Both the position numbers and the translations under genes were made by a program. DNA of 59,571 nucleotides, filler included. It is 4 parts of 4 records of this genome, joined end to end, with 100 filler letters (N's around TTAATTAATTAA, not from the genome) between each part and the next. Parts side by side here need not be neighbours in the genome. Positions count along the whole stretch, not along the records: positions 49,389 to 59,571 come from SRR31156797_1914; 3 more parts are not named here. One strand, given 5' to 3'. Below are positions 49,646 to 59,529 of the stretch, piece by piece (the stretch's first letter is position 1; the number at the start of each line of letters is the position of its first letter). Below the pieces are notes generated by a model. That model was not told the origin of the DNA. It made no database searches and worked only from the letters and a program-made list of their open reading frames with translations.

Positions 49646-50827
49646 CTAAAACCAAGTCTCGAACTGCGCCCCAAGTCTTAATTCACTATCAACGTCAAAT
49701 CCAGTTGCCTCCTGATCTCCACCGATAATAGCAGTTGTAAGTCTTACAATAGGTCTTACCCACGGCATAGAGTCTAACTGTGCACTAGGTCCAGCTGCAA
49801 TTTTGTATACAGTTCCATCATTTTCCTCAGCAATAGTTCCGTCTAAATTGACATTATCTTTACTTGCGATACTTCCTTCATATATCATTGATAAATTATC
49901 TGTGATACTTTGAGTTCCTCTAACAAGCGCTGTAGTTGTTGAGTAAGTTAAGTTCTCTGAATTATCATCTGTACTTTCAGCTAATGCAGTTGTTTCAACT
50001 GTCCATTTGTTAGTTGCGTAAGTTCCGCTTAATGTAACTTTTATTGCGTTATCTTCAGGATCAGTTATAGCAGGTGTGTTTAATTTGTCAGCACTTACAC
50101 CATATCCATATTGCGCCATATACGCTGTTCTACCGGGTAAAATTCCGAAGAATTCATCTTGTTGGAATGATACTGAAACGCTCATAGAAGTATCTCCCTC
50201 AACAGTGTCATCTGAAATTTCAGTAGAGTCAGCAGTTGCTTTTGTAACTGTAGCTTCTGCTGCAAAAGCCGCAAATCTGACAATTGCATCAATTGCCGCG
50301 ATATCTGCGTACTCCCCAGTCTCCTCTTCCTCTACTTTTTTGTAGAAGTTCAAATCTAAATTATCACTTAAATAACCGAAACCGTGAGAATAGAAATTTC
50401 TATAATCATAATCCAGTAAATTGATAGTAGATGTATCTTTTTTCTTACCGATCCATATTGATGAACCAGCAGGTAAAAAATCCAAGCCACCTAATGTTAC
50501 ATAGTTATCACTTAGGTAAACATCATTTTCGTAGCCCGCGTCATCATCATAAAATAGAATACCAAAGTTATATTCAGCCCATTGTCCTTTAGAATTTGAC
50601 CATTTTTTCGTTAAAATAGATGAAGCATAATCATCATATTCCAGTCCGTATTTACCAAGTGTCTTCATCTCTTCCTCACTTGATGTGATATCAGCAAGTC
50701 CTGAATCCATTCCCAGACTTCCTCTCATATATGCATGCCATTCAAAAGAATCATCTGCAAAAGTTGAAACTGCTGAGCAGACTCCTAATGCTAAGATTGC
50801 AGTTTTAAGTTTGTAACTTTGTTTCAT
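49646..50827 (-). CDS. LamB-like carbohydrate porin
   Basis: Signal peptide, FEWHAYMRGSLG start, IWIGKK, RPIVRL, C-terminal LGAQFETWF (LamB-type GAQxExWW/F). Confidence 0.8.
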   Translation of the reverse strand: MKQSYKLKTAILALGVCSAVSTFADDSFEWHAYMRGSLGMDSGLADITSSEEEMKTLGKYGLEYDDYASSILTKKWSNSKGQWAEYNFGILFYDDDAGYENDVYLSDNYVTLGGLDFLPAGSSIWIGKKKDTSTINLLDYDYRNFYSHGFGYLSDNLDLNFYKKVEEEETGEYADIAAIDAIVRFAAFAAEATVTKATADSTEISDDTVEGDTSMSVSVSFQQDEFFGILPGRTAYMAQYGYGVSADKLNTPAITDPEDNAIKVTLSGTYATNKWTVETTALAESTDDNSENLTYSTTTALVRGTQSITDNLSMIYEGSIASKDNVNLDGTIAEENDGTVYKIAAGPSAQLDSMPWVRPIVRLTTAIIGGDQEATGFDVDSELRLGAQFETWF

Positions 50828-50948
50828 TCTCTATTACCTCCTGTTTTAACTTTTGATTTTATTATTTATAGTAACACACTAGTATAAGATAAAGATGTGA
50901 AGCTAATGTGAAGGTGGTGTGGTTATTTCGGGTTAAATTTTAGATCTA

Positions 50949-50987
50949 AAAAAAAATAAAAAAAGCTCCCTAAATTATTTAGAGAGC
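50949..50987 (-). terminator. Rho-independent terminator of the sensor operon
   Basis: On the minus strand GCTCTCTAAA-TAA-TTTAGGGAGC followed by T runs. Confidence 0.75.
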
Positions 50988-51008
50988 AAAAATTTTAGAT
51001 TTCCAGAT

Positions 51009-52172
51009 TTACCACTGAGCAGGTAAAAAATCTTCTACATTTTCTTTTGTTATGATTTTAGAAGGGAGATATTTGATTTCTTCAATATCTTTCCCTTCAT
51101 ACCAGCTAATAGCATTGTACATAACCAGAGCAGCATCTCCTTCAGCTGATTGGTATGAAACGGCATCAATATCACCATTCATAACGGCATTCATCCCGAT
51201 TTTACTATTCCCGTTTGCTACAACTACTACATCACTTCTATTGGCTTGTTTTAATGCTTCTATGATCCCCATAATTGCAAAATTATCATCAGATGAAACT
51301 ATTCCGTTTAGATCATTACCATATTTTAATAACCATTTTGAGACTAGTTTCATTGTAGTATCACTATCTAAATTGGAGTTATCCATATCCAGAAGTTTCA
51401 TATCAGGAGCGTACTCCTTTAACTCTGTTATAACTCCGTATGTCCTAGAGATATATGTAGGTGTTCCCGGGATATGTCTGACTATTACATAATTCCCTTT
51501 TTTATCCAGTCGATCAGCAAGCTCTCTAGCTAATAGTCTGGAGCTTTTCCAGTCATCAGGGCCGCTAAATGCAACTGCATATTTCATCAGTTCATTAGAT
51601 GGATGTTGATTAGATATGAAGATAGGAATTCCATTTGAGTTAATTTTGCTAAACATAGATTCTGAAATCCCGGAACTTAGTGGTGCAATAATTATCATAT
51701 CTGGTTTTTCCCTTATAGCCTGATCAACTATCAAATTTTGCTTATCAAAATTCCATTCACTGTTATATATTTTTAGCTCGATAGAAAAAGCATTGGCGAT
51801 ATCTTTTATCTTTGTCGTATAAGCACTCCAGTAAGGATGATTTTCTCCTGTTATTAAAATAATTTTTTTTCCTTCGATATTTTGCTTAGGAGATTTTGGA
51901 ATTAATTTTCTATTTGTATCAAGGGAAATATATTCGTTTTTGTACCAATATTCTTTATTTTCTTTTGTAAAAGTTGTATTTGCTGAATCAAGATGTTGTT
52001 TTGATTTGATCTCATAATCTAATAATTTTTGTCCATCAGAGCTTAGCTCTTTTTCCAAGAAACTAAGATCATATTTTTCACTATCGTTTTTTTGAGAACT
52101 AAATATTAATCCTAAACTGATGAAAATAATCAATACTAGGCTTATTAAAATTATAACTGATTTTTTATTCAT
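51009..52172 (-). CDS. Membrane-anchored RbsB/XylF-type sugar-binding protein (sensor accessory)
   Basis: N-terminal hydrophobic anchor, HPYW, PDMIIIAP, DDNFAIMG, YQSA; 4 nt downstream of the response regulator. Confidence 0.85.
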   Translation of the reverse strand: MNKKSVIILISLVLIIFISLGLIFSSQKNDSEKYDLSFLEKELSSDGQKLLDYEIKSKQHLDSANTTFTKENKEYWYKNEYISLDTNRKLIPKSPKQNIEGKKIILITGENHPYWSAYTTKIKDIANAFSIELKIYNSEWNFDKQNLIVDQAIREKPDMIIIAPLSSGISESMFSKINSNGIPIFISNQHPSNELMKYAVAFSGPDDWKSSRLLARELADRLDKKGNYVIVRHIPGTPTYISRTYGVITELKEYAPDMKLLDMDNSNLDSDTTMKLVSKWLLKYGNDLNGIVSSDDNFAIMGIIEALKQANRSDVVVVANGNSKIGMNAVMNGDIDAVSYQSAEGDAALVMYNAISWYEGKDIEEIKYLPSKIITKENVEDFLPAQW

Positions 52173-52176
52173 GAAT

Positions 52177-53808
52177 TTACTCCAATATAATAGAATTTTT
52201 ATATTCTATTGCACTTTTTCCAGTGATTTTTTTAAAGTAAAGTGATAGTTTTTTTGTACTGATATAACCTACTTTTTCAGCTATTTCATATAGTTTCATA
52301 TCACTCTCTTTGAGAAGTATTTTTACTTTTTTTACCCTGATTTCCTGGATATATTCGGTAATGTTTTTACCGGTTTCCTCCTTGAATAATCTACTTAAAT
52401 AAACTTTGTGCAGCTTCATTTTTTTCGCCAGATAGTTTAAGCTCAACTCCTGAACCATGTACTCTTCTTCGATGATGTTAACAACTCCTTGGATGTGTTT
52501 TGTATAAGAGTTACCATATTTCTTTTTAATAATATTAATAAAAAGAAAGTAAATATGAGAAAACCAATTATAAATCTCTTCAATGGTTGTGAAAGAGTTT
52601 AGTTTCTTAAACGGAATATAGTTTTCATCGAATATATCCATATACGCTACTTGGTATTTATGAGTCGAAATAATTAATAGATCAAGTAGTTTTGAGTTAA
52701 CATATTTTAAATAATTCAGCTGAAGAAAACCCTTTAGGTCTTCATGATATATTTTAAATAGTATTTTTTTGATAGAATCAATATCAAATTTAGAAATATA
52801 ATTTTCAACCTGCTCCATTTTTTTATCAAATACTTCATTTGTAATTTGAGTATAATTGGAGGTATATAGATAATAAAAAATAGACCTGTTATTTCCCAGA
52901 AATATTTTAAGGTTAAGTGCGGCAATTGATTGTTTATAATATTCATCGATAAGTTCAATATTATTAAAGAAATTACTGATGCCGAATGTTAATGAAGACT
53001 CAAAGAAGAGTTGGTGGAACTCCTTTTTAATCGCTTGAATGATTTCATCTGTGTTTTCCATATTTCTAAGAGAGCTGATGTTTTTTTCTATTCCCGCAAT
53101 TAATGATATCTCTCCTTTGGCACTAATTAGAAAACACTTACCACCGCTAAAGTTATTTAAAATTTGATTGATTTTATAGCTGAAAAAAGCTAAATCTTCG
53201 TATGAGAGTGTAGTTGATTCTAAAAATGATTCTTCATAATTATCTATTGAGATTGTTATTAGGCTATAGCTATCACTTTTTAGATTAAATATCTCTTTTG
53301 AAACCTGAGAATCTACTTTAGATTTTAATTTATTACCTAGTGTTATTGTGTCCGAGATAATAGATGAAATAATATCATCTTTTTCATCTATAGAAAGTTT
53401 CTGGCTAAAATTGTTTTTAGAGTTATTTTTTTCATCTAACTCTCTGTTTAATTTGAGTAAAACTTCATAAATAGATTCTTTTGTCAGGAGATCTTTTAAT
53501 AGATAATCTGACACGTTCATCTTTACAGCCATCTGTGCATAATGGAAATTTTCATAACAACTTAAAATTACAAATTTCTGTTCTTTATCTTCTTTTCTTA
53601 TTTTTTCTATTAACTCAACTCCATTCATTTCAGGCATCTGAATATCAGTAATTATAAGATCAGGTTTGAGTTTTTTATACTTTTCATATGCTTCTGATCC
53701 GTTAGTTGCTGTATCACATATCTTAAAATTTGTATTATTCCAATCAATTAAATATGATAATATCTCTCTCCCCGGTGTTTCATCATCTACGATTAAAACA
53801 GAATACAT
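52177..53808 (-). CDS. YesN-type response regulator (REC + AraC HTH)
   Basis: VLIVDDE, DLIITDIQMP, DYLLK; C-terminal YLSRLFKEETG..EIAEKVGY..FKKITG. Confidence 0.94.
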   Translation of the reverse strand: MYSVLIVDDETPGREILSYLIDWNNTNFKICDTATNGSEAYEKYKKLKPDLIITDIQMPEMNGVELIEKIRKEDKEQKFVILSCYENFHYAQMAVKMNVSDYLLKDLLTKESIYEVLLKLNRELDEKNNSKNNFSQKLSIDEKDDIISSIISDTITLGNKLKSKVDSQVSKEIFNLKSDSYSLITISIDNYEESFLESTTLSYEDLAFFSYKINQILNNFSGGKCFLISAKGEISLIAGIEKNISSLRNMENTDEIIQAIKKEFHQLFFESSLTFGISNFFNNIELIDEYYKQSIAALNLKIFLGNNRSIFYYLYTSNYTQITNEVFDKKMEQVENYISKFDIDSIKKILFKIYHEDLKGFLQLNYLKYVNSKLLDLLIISTHKYQVAYMDIFDENYIPFKKLNSFTTIEEIYNWFSHIYFLFINIIKKKYGNSYTKHIQGVVNIIEEEYMVQELSLNYLAKKMKLHKVYLSRLFKEETGKNITEYIQEIRVKKVKILLKESDMKLYEIAEKVGYISTKKLSLYFKKITGKSAIEYKNSIILE

Positions 53809-53871
53809 AATTATATCCTTTCATTTATATAAATTTGATAAACACTATTTGTAACATATTTTCCAACATAA

Positions 53872-55653
53872 TCAAAACTCATTAACAATAGGTATTATTA
53901 TAGTTGTACATACTCCCTTTCCGTATATACTGTTTATTTGAAGCTGACTCTCATTTCCGTAATAAAGTTTTAGTCGTTCATTTACATTAAATAATCCTAT
54001 GTTATTAAATCCTGCTTTACTCTTCTCTTTATTTTTTTTCATTACTACATCTAATCTCTCTTCTTTGATTCCTTTACCATTATCTTTGATAATAATTTTT
54101 ATACTCTCTTTTTCTTTGCTGAAAGATATTGTGATTTTTCCTTTTTTGTTAGTGGGTATTATCCCGTGGAAAAGTGAATTTTCAACAATTGGTTGTAATA
54201 TTAGTTTTGGAATTATATATGCTTCTAATTCCTCAGGTAGATTAACTTCATGAGTGAACATATCTACATATCTGTATTTTTGCAAATTTAAAAAGCCATT
54301 TACATATTCAATTTCCTCTTTGATTGTAATAAACTTTTTATCATATGACATACTTGCTCTTAATAAAAGGCTAAAAGAACGAAGCATTTCACTGATATCT
54401 TCAGTGCCGTGCTTTATTGATAAATAGGAGATGGCTGTAATTGTGTTATGAATAAAATGCGGATTCATTTGAGATTGCAGTAAGTCCATTTGCGATTGAA
54501 GTTTTGCTACTTCATACTCTCTTGTTTGTTTTTCATTTTCTTGGATTTTTTCTACCATCTCATTTAGATTAACAGTCATTTGATTAAAGCCATGTATAAG
54601 AGCTCCGATTTCACTCTCGGTTTTCAGATCAACCGGTATAGGGAGCACATTTCTTTCTTTTATTAGCTTCATTGATTCACAAATCCTATGGATAGGAAGT
54701 GTTATTTTTGTAGCCATTCTATTACTGAATAAAACTATTAAAATAATTATTACCAAAGTTAAAGCAATTGTAAAGTTAAATAAAGAATCAATATTTGATA
54801 TTTTTTCATTGAAGCCAACTATTCCGATAAATTTTAGATTTGAGAATACAGATAATGGATACTCAAAGGTAATATACTCATCATTATCAATAGAGAATAA
54901 GTTTTCATATCTGATCAAAGTTAAAACTCTGTTTAGTTTGTTTCTTTTTTTATAATGATCAAAATTAATATTGCCGGACTGATAGAGCAGATCATCTTTT
55001 TCATTACTAATATAAATAGTTGAAAAGCTGTCTTTGATTATGTTCTGAATATGATAAAAGAACATTTGAATATCTATATTAATTAAGAGATAACCCAGTA
55101 GTTCTGAACTATTTTCATCATAAAATTCTATAAAACATGTAGTATATTTATCAACTAAATCACTTCTTGACTCCAGAAGTGGAATAGCATATGCTTTGGA
55201 AAACATTAAATATCTACGGTTTTTAATAAAAAAATCAAGATCCTGATTATTTTTTATGAGTTCTCCATATTTTGTAGTCTCATATAGAGAATCATATGGA
55301 ATTTTGTTTTTATCAATAATTAGTATGGATGAGATAAAATCATCTCTTAAAGAATAATTATATAATATGGACGATACCTTTTCATTTTTCACCTTTCTGT
55401 TCTCTTTATTATTAATAACACTAATTAATTCATTATTATTTCTTAATTCAGCAGCCAGATCTGTTACTTGTTTAAAATTTTTAGTGATACTCAAATCAAT
55501 TAATTGAAGTTTATGTTTAAAAACATTTGAATACTGACTTCTTATTTCACTGCTAAACAGGAAATATAATAATGAACTAAAAAGTATCAAAAACAAAATA
55601 ATGATAATTGAAAACCCGATTGTTAATTTGGAAGATAATGTTGAGACTTTCAT
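53872..55653 (-). CDS. YesM/LytS-type sensor histidine kinase
   Basis: Two TM, HAMP, LQSQMNPHFIHNT, LQPIVENSLFHG, DNGKG, IGLFNV. Confidence 0.94.
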   Translation of the reverse strand: MKVSTLSSKLTIGFSIIIILFLILFSSLLYFLFSSEIRSQYSNVFKHKLQLIDLSITKNFKQVTDLAAELRNNNELISVINNKENRKVKNEKVSSILYNYSLRDDFISSILIIDKNKIPYDSLYETTKYGELIKNNQDLDFFIKNRRYLMFSKAYAIPLLESRSDLVDKYTTCFIEFYDENSSELLGYLLINIDIQMFFYHIQNIIKDSFSTIYISNEKDDLLYQSGNINFDHYKKRNKLNRVLTLIRYENLFSIDNDEYITFEYPLSVFSNLKFIGIVGFNEKISNIDSLFNFTIALTLVIIILIVLFSNRMATKITLPIHRICESMKLIKERNVLPIPVDLKTESEIGALIHGFNQMTVNLNEMVEKIQENEKQTREYEVAKLQSQMDLLQSQMNPHFIHNTITAISYLSIKHGTEDISEMLRSFSLLLRASMSYDKKFITIKEEIEYVNGFLNLQKYRYVDMFTHEVNLPEELEAYIIPKLILQPIVENSLFHGIIPTNKKGKITISFSKEKESIKIIIKDNGKGIKEERLDVVMKKNKEKSKAGFNNIGLFNVNERLKLYYGNESQLQINSIYGKGVCTTIIIPIVNEF

Positions 55654-56074
55654 AATACTCCTTTTATAAATTTCATATAGTTAATCTCGTTATTCATAAT
55701 ATTTTATCTAGTAAAGTATATTATAAAACAGTCGTGTGTTCAAGCGCTCTCTATATTAAATTGGTGTTTTTGGTTAATAATCAAGACAAAATGTTAATAA
55801 AAAAAACAATTTTATTCAAAAATAAGTGTAAAAAAATAATTTTAATCTTTTAAACTCTTTAAATTAAAGCTATTTTGACCAGTTTAGCAAAAATAATTTT
55901 TTTGATACAAAAAACGGAATATTTAGTTAATATACGAAGTTTAAATAGCTTGATAAATCCAATATACTAATGGTGTGAATTACAAAAGCATGTGGTTGAT
56001 TGAGAAATACAAATTTATTATTAGTTATTGTTACTTTTCAGTCAGTCTCAAATAACGATTAAAAGGTGAGGAAA

Positions 56075-57319
56075 ATGAATTCAAGAGAAAGAGTTTTAGC
56101 AAGTATTAATCATGTTCAACCTGATAAAGTTCCTGTTGACTTAGGTGCAACTCCAAGTTCAAATATTTCAGCAATTGCCTACAATAATCTCAAGAAACAC
56201 TTAGGAATTGAAGATGGAATGACAAAGGTTTTCGATGTGGTTCAACAGGTAGTTACAGTTGAAGATGAGATCATTGACAGATTTGGAGTAGATGTAATTG
56301 ATCTATCGAGAGAATTTGATAAAGAAGCATCTAATTGGTATGAGTATACTCTAGCTGACGGAAGTAAGGGTTATTATCCAAAATGGTTCAAGCCGGTGTA
56401 TAACGAAGATAAAAAATCATGGGATGCATATAAAAACGGAACTAAATTAGCATCTATGCCTGAGGGAGCAACTTTCTTTGACCAAACAATTTTCCCTTAT
56501 GAAAACGGTTATCCTGAAAATTTTGATAATTTAGATGAAGCAATGGATAAAGTACTATGGAAAGCTTTTGCACATGGGCCTTGGGATCACGCTCATGAAG
56601 ATAATTTCTGGGAAACACTTAGAGAGAAAGCAGTTAATTATCGTGAAAAGTCTGATAAAGCAATTATGCTTACATGTGGATGTAATTTATTTGAATGGGG
56701 AACTTTCCTTAGAAGAATGGATAATTTTATGATGGATACATATATCGATCAGGGAAATGCAGAAAAATTGATTGGTAAATTAATGGAAAGGCATATGGCA
56801 ACTCTGGAGAATGTGTGTAAATATGTCGGAGACGTAGTGGATATTATTAGATTTGGTGATGATTTGGGAATGGATACAGGTCCTTTTATGGCACCGGAAG
56901 TTTATCAAAAATTGTTTAAACCATATCATACTGAGTTAAATACTTATGTTCATAAGAATAGTAATATGAAAACTTTTTTACATTCTTGTGGTTCTATATA
57001 CAAATTAATGCCTGATTTGATTGATGCAGGTTATGACGTAATCAATCCTGTTCAGACTACGGCAGTTGATATGGAACCAGCTAAATTAAAGAAAGAGTTT
57101 GGTAAGGACATTACTTTCTGGGGTGGTGGAGCAAATACCAGAAGTATCTTAAATCACGGTTCACCGGAAGATGTTAGAAGAAATGTACTTGAAATGTTAG
57201 AAGTTTTTTCTCCCGGCGGTGGTTTTATATTTAATCAGGAACACAATATTATGCCGGATGTACCTGCTGAGAATATTGTAGCTATGTATAAGGCAGTTAA
57301 AGAGTTTAATAAAAGATAG
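56075..57319 (+). CDS. UroD/MtaA-CmuA superfamily protein
   Basis: MNSRERVL..PDKVPVD, GDDLG, LHSCG, INPVQ, LKKEFGKDITFWGGG, GGFIFNQEHNIMPDVP; ATG 56075 after GAGG. Confidence 0.88.
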   Translation: MNSRERVLASINHVQPDKVPVDLGATPSSNISAIAYNNLKKHLGIEDGMTKVFDVVQQVVTVEDEIIDRFGVDVIDLSREFDKEASNWYEYTLADGSKGYYPKWFKPVYNEDKKSWDAYKNGTKLASMPEGATFFDQTIFPYENGYPENFDNLDEAMDKVLWKAFAHGPWDHAHEDNFWETLREKAVNYREKSDKAIMLTCGCNLFEWGTFLRRMDNFMMDTYIDQGNAEKLIGKLMERHMATLENVCKYVGDVVDIIRFGDDLGMDTGPFMAPEVYQKLFKPYHTELNTYVHKNSNMKTFLHSCGSIYKLMPDLIDAGYDVINPVQTTAVDMEPAKLKKEFGKDITFWGGGANTRSILNHGSPEDVRRNVLEMLEVFSPGGGFIFNQEHNIMPDVPAENIVAMYKAVKEFNKR

Positions 57320-57363
57320 TCTATAAATGGAATCAAATTTGAAAGTTTATAAGGAGGAGAGAA

Positions 57364-58389
57364 GTGAAAAAAGAAAAGAGTAGTTTGAAAAGTTTTTTAG
57401 GTCGAAATGACGTCGGAACACTTATAGCTTCAACACTGTTATTTCTAATATTTACCATAACATCTGATAGTTTTTTCAGTGCTTACAATCTTTTTAATGT
57501 AGCGAGAACATCATCATTATATGTTTTTATTGCACTTGGTCAGGTTGTAGTTTTATTGGTTGGAGGGATGAATCTGTCTCTGGGTGCCATAGGAGGTTTA
57601 TCTGTAATTACAGCAGGACATATAATCGATAAAATGGGAATTGATCCGGCAATAGCCATAGTTGGAGCTCTAATTGTCGGTAGTTTTGCCGGTTTAATAA
57701 ACGGTCTGCTTATTACCAGATTAAAGTTAAATTCATTTGTTGTTACACTTGCAACTTCATTTATATTTACAGGTCTTGTACTTGGTTTATCAAAAGGATA
57801 TCCATATACCAATATTCCCAAATCATTTACTTTGATAGGAAGAAAAGGTATTGGAGGAGTTCCTCTGATAATGATATTTATGATTAGTGTTTTGCTGATT
57901 ATTGCATATATTTTCAAATATACTGTTATAGGTAGGAAACTTCTTGCAACAGGTGGAAATGAAAGAGCAGCCAGACTATCCGGAATAAATACGGATAAAA
58001 TAATTATAGTTGCAAATACAGCTTCCGGTTTTTTCTCAGCACTTGCAGGTTTACTGTTTATATCGAGAATGGGATCGGCAACACCAACTACAGGTGGAGA
58101 TTGGATGATAATCTCATTTGCAGTTGCAGTAATTGGAGGAACGGCATTAACAGGAGGAGAGGTCAAACCATTAGGAATATTTGCAAGTGGTATATTGATG
58201 GCTCTGATTAAAAACGGACTTATTATGCTGGGTGTTAATGTATATTTCGAACAAACATTCCTTGGTTTTATTATTCTGTTAGCAGTCTCTCTGGAAACAA
58301 TCAGAGGTAATTTAGGTTTCTTAAAACAATATATTTTTAGAGAAAGTAAAGAAAAAAGTGCAAAAAACAGTAGTAGTGTTAAAGCCTAA
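57364..58389 (+). CDS. Monosaccharide ABC transporter permease (RbsC type)
   Basis: GGMNLSLG, SFVVTLA, GGNERAARLSGI, AVIGGTALTGG; GTG start after AAGGAG. Confidence 0.93.
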   Translation: MKKEKSSLKSFLGRNDVGTLIASTLLFLIFTITSDSFFSAYNLFNVARTSSLYVFIALGQVVVLLVGGMNLSLGAIGGLSVITAGHIIDKMGIDPAIAIVGALIVGSFAGLINGLLITRLKLNSFVVTLATSFIFTGLVLGLSKGYPYTNIPKSFTLIGRKGIGGVPLIMIFMISVLLIIAYIFKYTVIGRKLLATGGNERAARLSGINTDKIIIVANTASGFFSALAGLLFISRMGSATPTTGGDWMIISFAVAVIGGTALTGGEVKPLGIFASGILMALIKNGLIMLGVNVYFEQTFLGFIILLAVSLETIRGNLGFLKQYIFRESKEKSAKNSSSVKA

Positions 58390-58466
58390 TTATTAGAAAC
58401 ATAGTTTCTGAGTAAATTGATTTTATAATTAATTTACCTGATAAAAATATATAAGGAGGATTTAAA

Positions 58467-59486
58467 ATGAAAAAAGTTTTAGGATTATTGTTATTAACTG
58501 TCATGATTTCTGTTAGTGCTCAAGCTGGTGTTTTTTCTTTTCTGAAGAGAAATAAAAAAACGAAAAATGAGTTTGCCTGGTATGCGCCTGCTCCACATCC
58601 ATATTTCGAAGAAGTAAAAGCCGGAATAGAAGCATTTGAGGCTGAAAGCGGAGTAAAATTCATCAAACAGGTCGGCCCTGATTGGACACAGCAAAGCCAG
58701 TCGCAAAATATAGAAGCATTAGCTGCTAAAGGGGTTAAGTTTTTTACAGTATACCCTGCTGATCCAAGTGGTGCTAACGGATTATACGAGGAGTTAGCGG
58801 AAAGAGATGTCAAAGTAGTTAACTTCGGAGCTCCGACTCTATTACCAACAGATGCTAAATTTTTAGTAGGAACGGATATCAAAAAATCAGCAATGGATGC
58901 AACTGAGGAATTAATTGCAATGATGGGTTATAAAGGTAATATTATAAATGTACTTGAAGTTATGGAAGATGCAAATACTATTACAAGAAAAGAGGGCGTA
59001 GAGGAAGTTGTAGCAAAATACCCTGATGTAAAAATTATTCAGGAAATTTCAGGAATGACTAGTGTGGAAGAAGCTACACAAAAAGTACAAGATGCTCTTG
59101 CAGCAAATATTCAAAAAGTTGACGGAATAATTGCAACAGGATTTACCCCCTCAGTAGGTATCGCAACTGCTCTATCAGACTACTATGACGGGGGAGGAAA
59201 GAGAGAGATTAGATCAATTTTAATCGATACTCATCCAATAGTTATGAAAGCAATTGAAGATGGATATGTAACAGGAACTATTGCTCAAAATCCATTTGGT
59301 CACGGTTATCTAAGTGCCAGCCTGTTATATCTTATGTCACAGGGAAAAACTCCTAAAGATGGTGCGTACTTTACTAATGCAGGTGTTGCAGTAGTAACAA
59401 AGGATAATATAACAACTTATCCAACTGATATTAAGTTAGTTACAGAATCAATTAAAGCTGAACTTGAAAATAAGTATTTTAAATAA
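58467..59486 (+). CDS. Monosaccharide ABC transporter substrate-binding protein
   Basis: Signal peptide (VSAQA), HPYF, GTD, QNPFGHGY; AAGGAGG RBS. Confidence 0.9.
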   Translation: MKKVLGLLLLTVMISVSAQAGVFSFLKRNKKTKNEFAWYAPAPHPYFEEVKAGIEAFEAESGVKFIKQVGPDWTQQSQSQNIEALAAKGVKFFTVYPADPSGANGLYEELAERDVKVVNFGAPTLLPTDAKFLVGTDIKKSAMDATEELIAMMGYKGNIINVLEVMEDANTITRKEGVEEVVAKYPDVKIIQEISGMTSVEEATQKVQDALAANIQKVDGIIATGFTPSVGIATALSDYYDGGGKREIRSILIDTHPIVMKAIEDGYVTGTIAQNPFGHGYLSASLLYLMSQGKTPKDGAYFTNAGVAVVTKDNITTYPTDIKLVTESIKAELENKYFK

Positions 59487-59502
59487 TTTGTTTTTTTAGG
59501 GC

Positions 59503-59529
59503 AAAGTTGAAAAGAAGCATTTCAACTTT
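59503..59529. terminator. Hairpin downstream of the SBP gene
   Basis: AAAGTTGAAA / TTTCAACTTT 10-bp stem. No U tail on the + strand, so possibly an intra-operon stability stem. Confidence 0.45.

Noticed and set aside
56075..57319. Calling the UroD-family gene hemE
   Set aside because: It lacks the HemE N-terminal RQAGR motif and sits in a sugar-transport operon.
57540..58166. 208-aa minus-strand ORF
   Set aside because: Antisense to the ABC permease.
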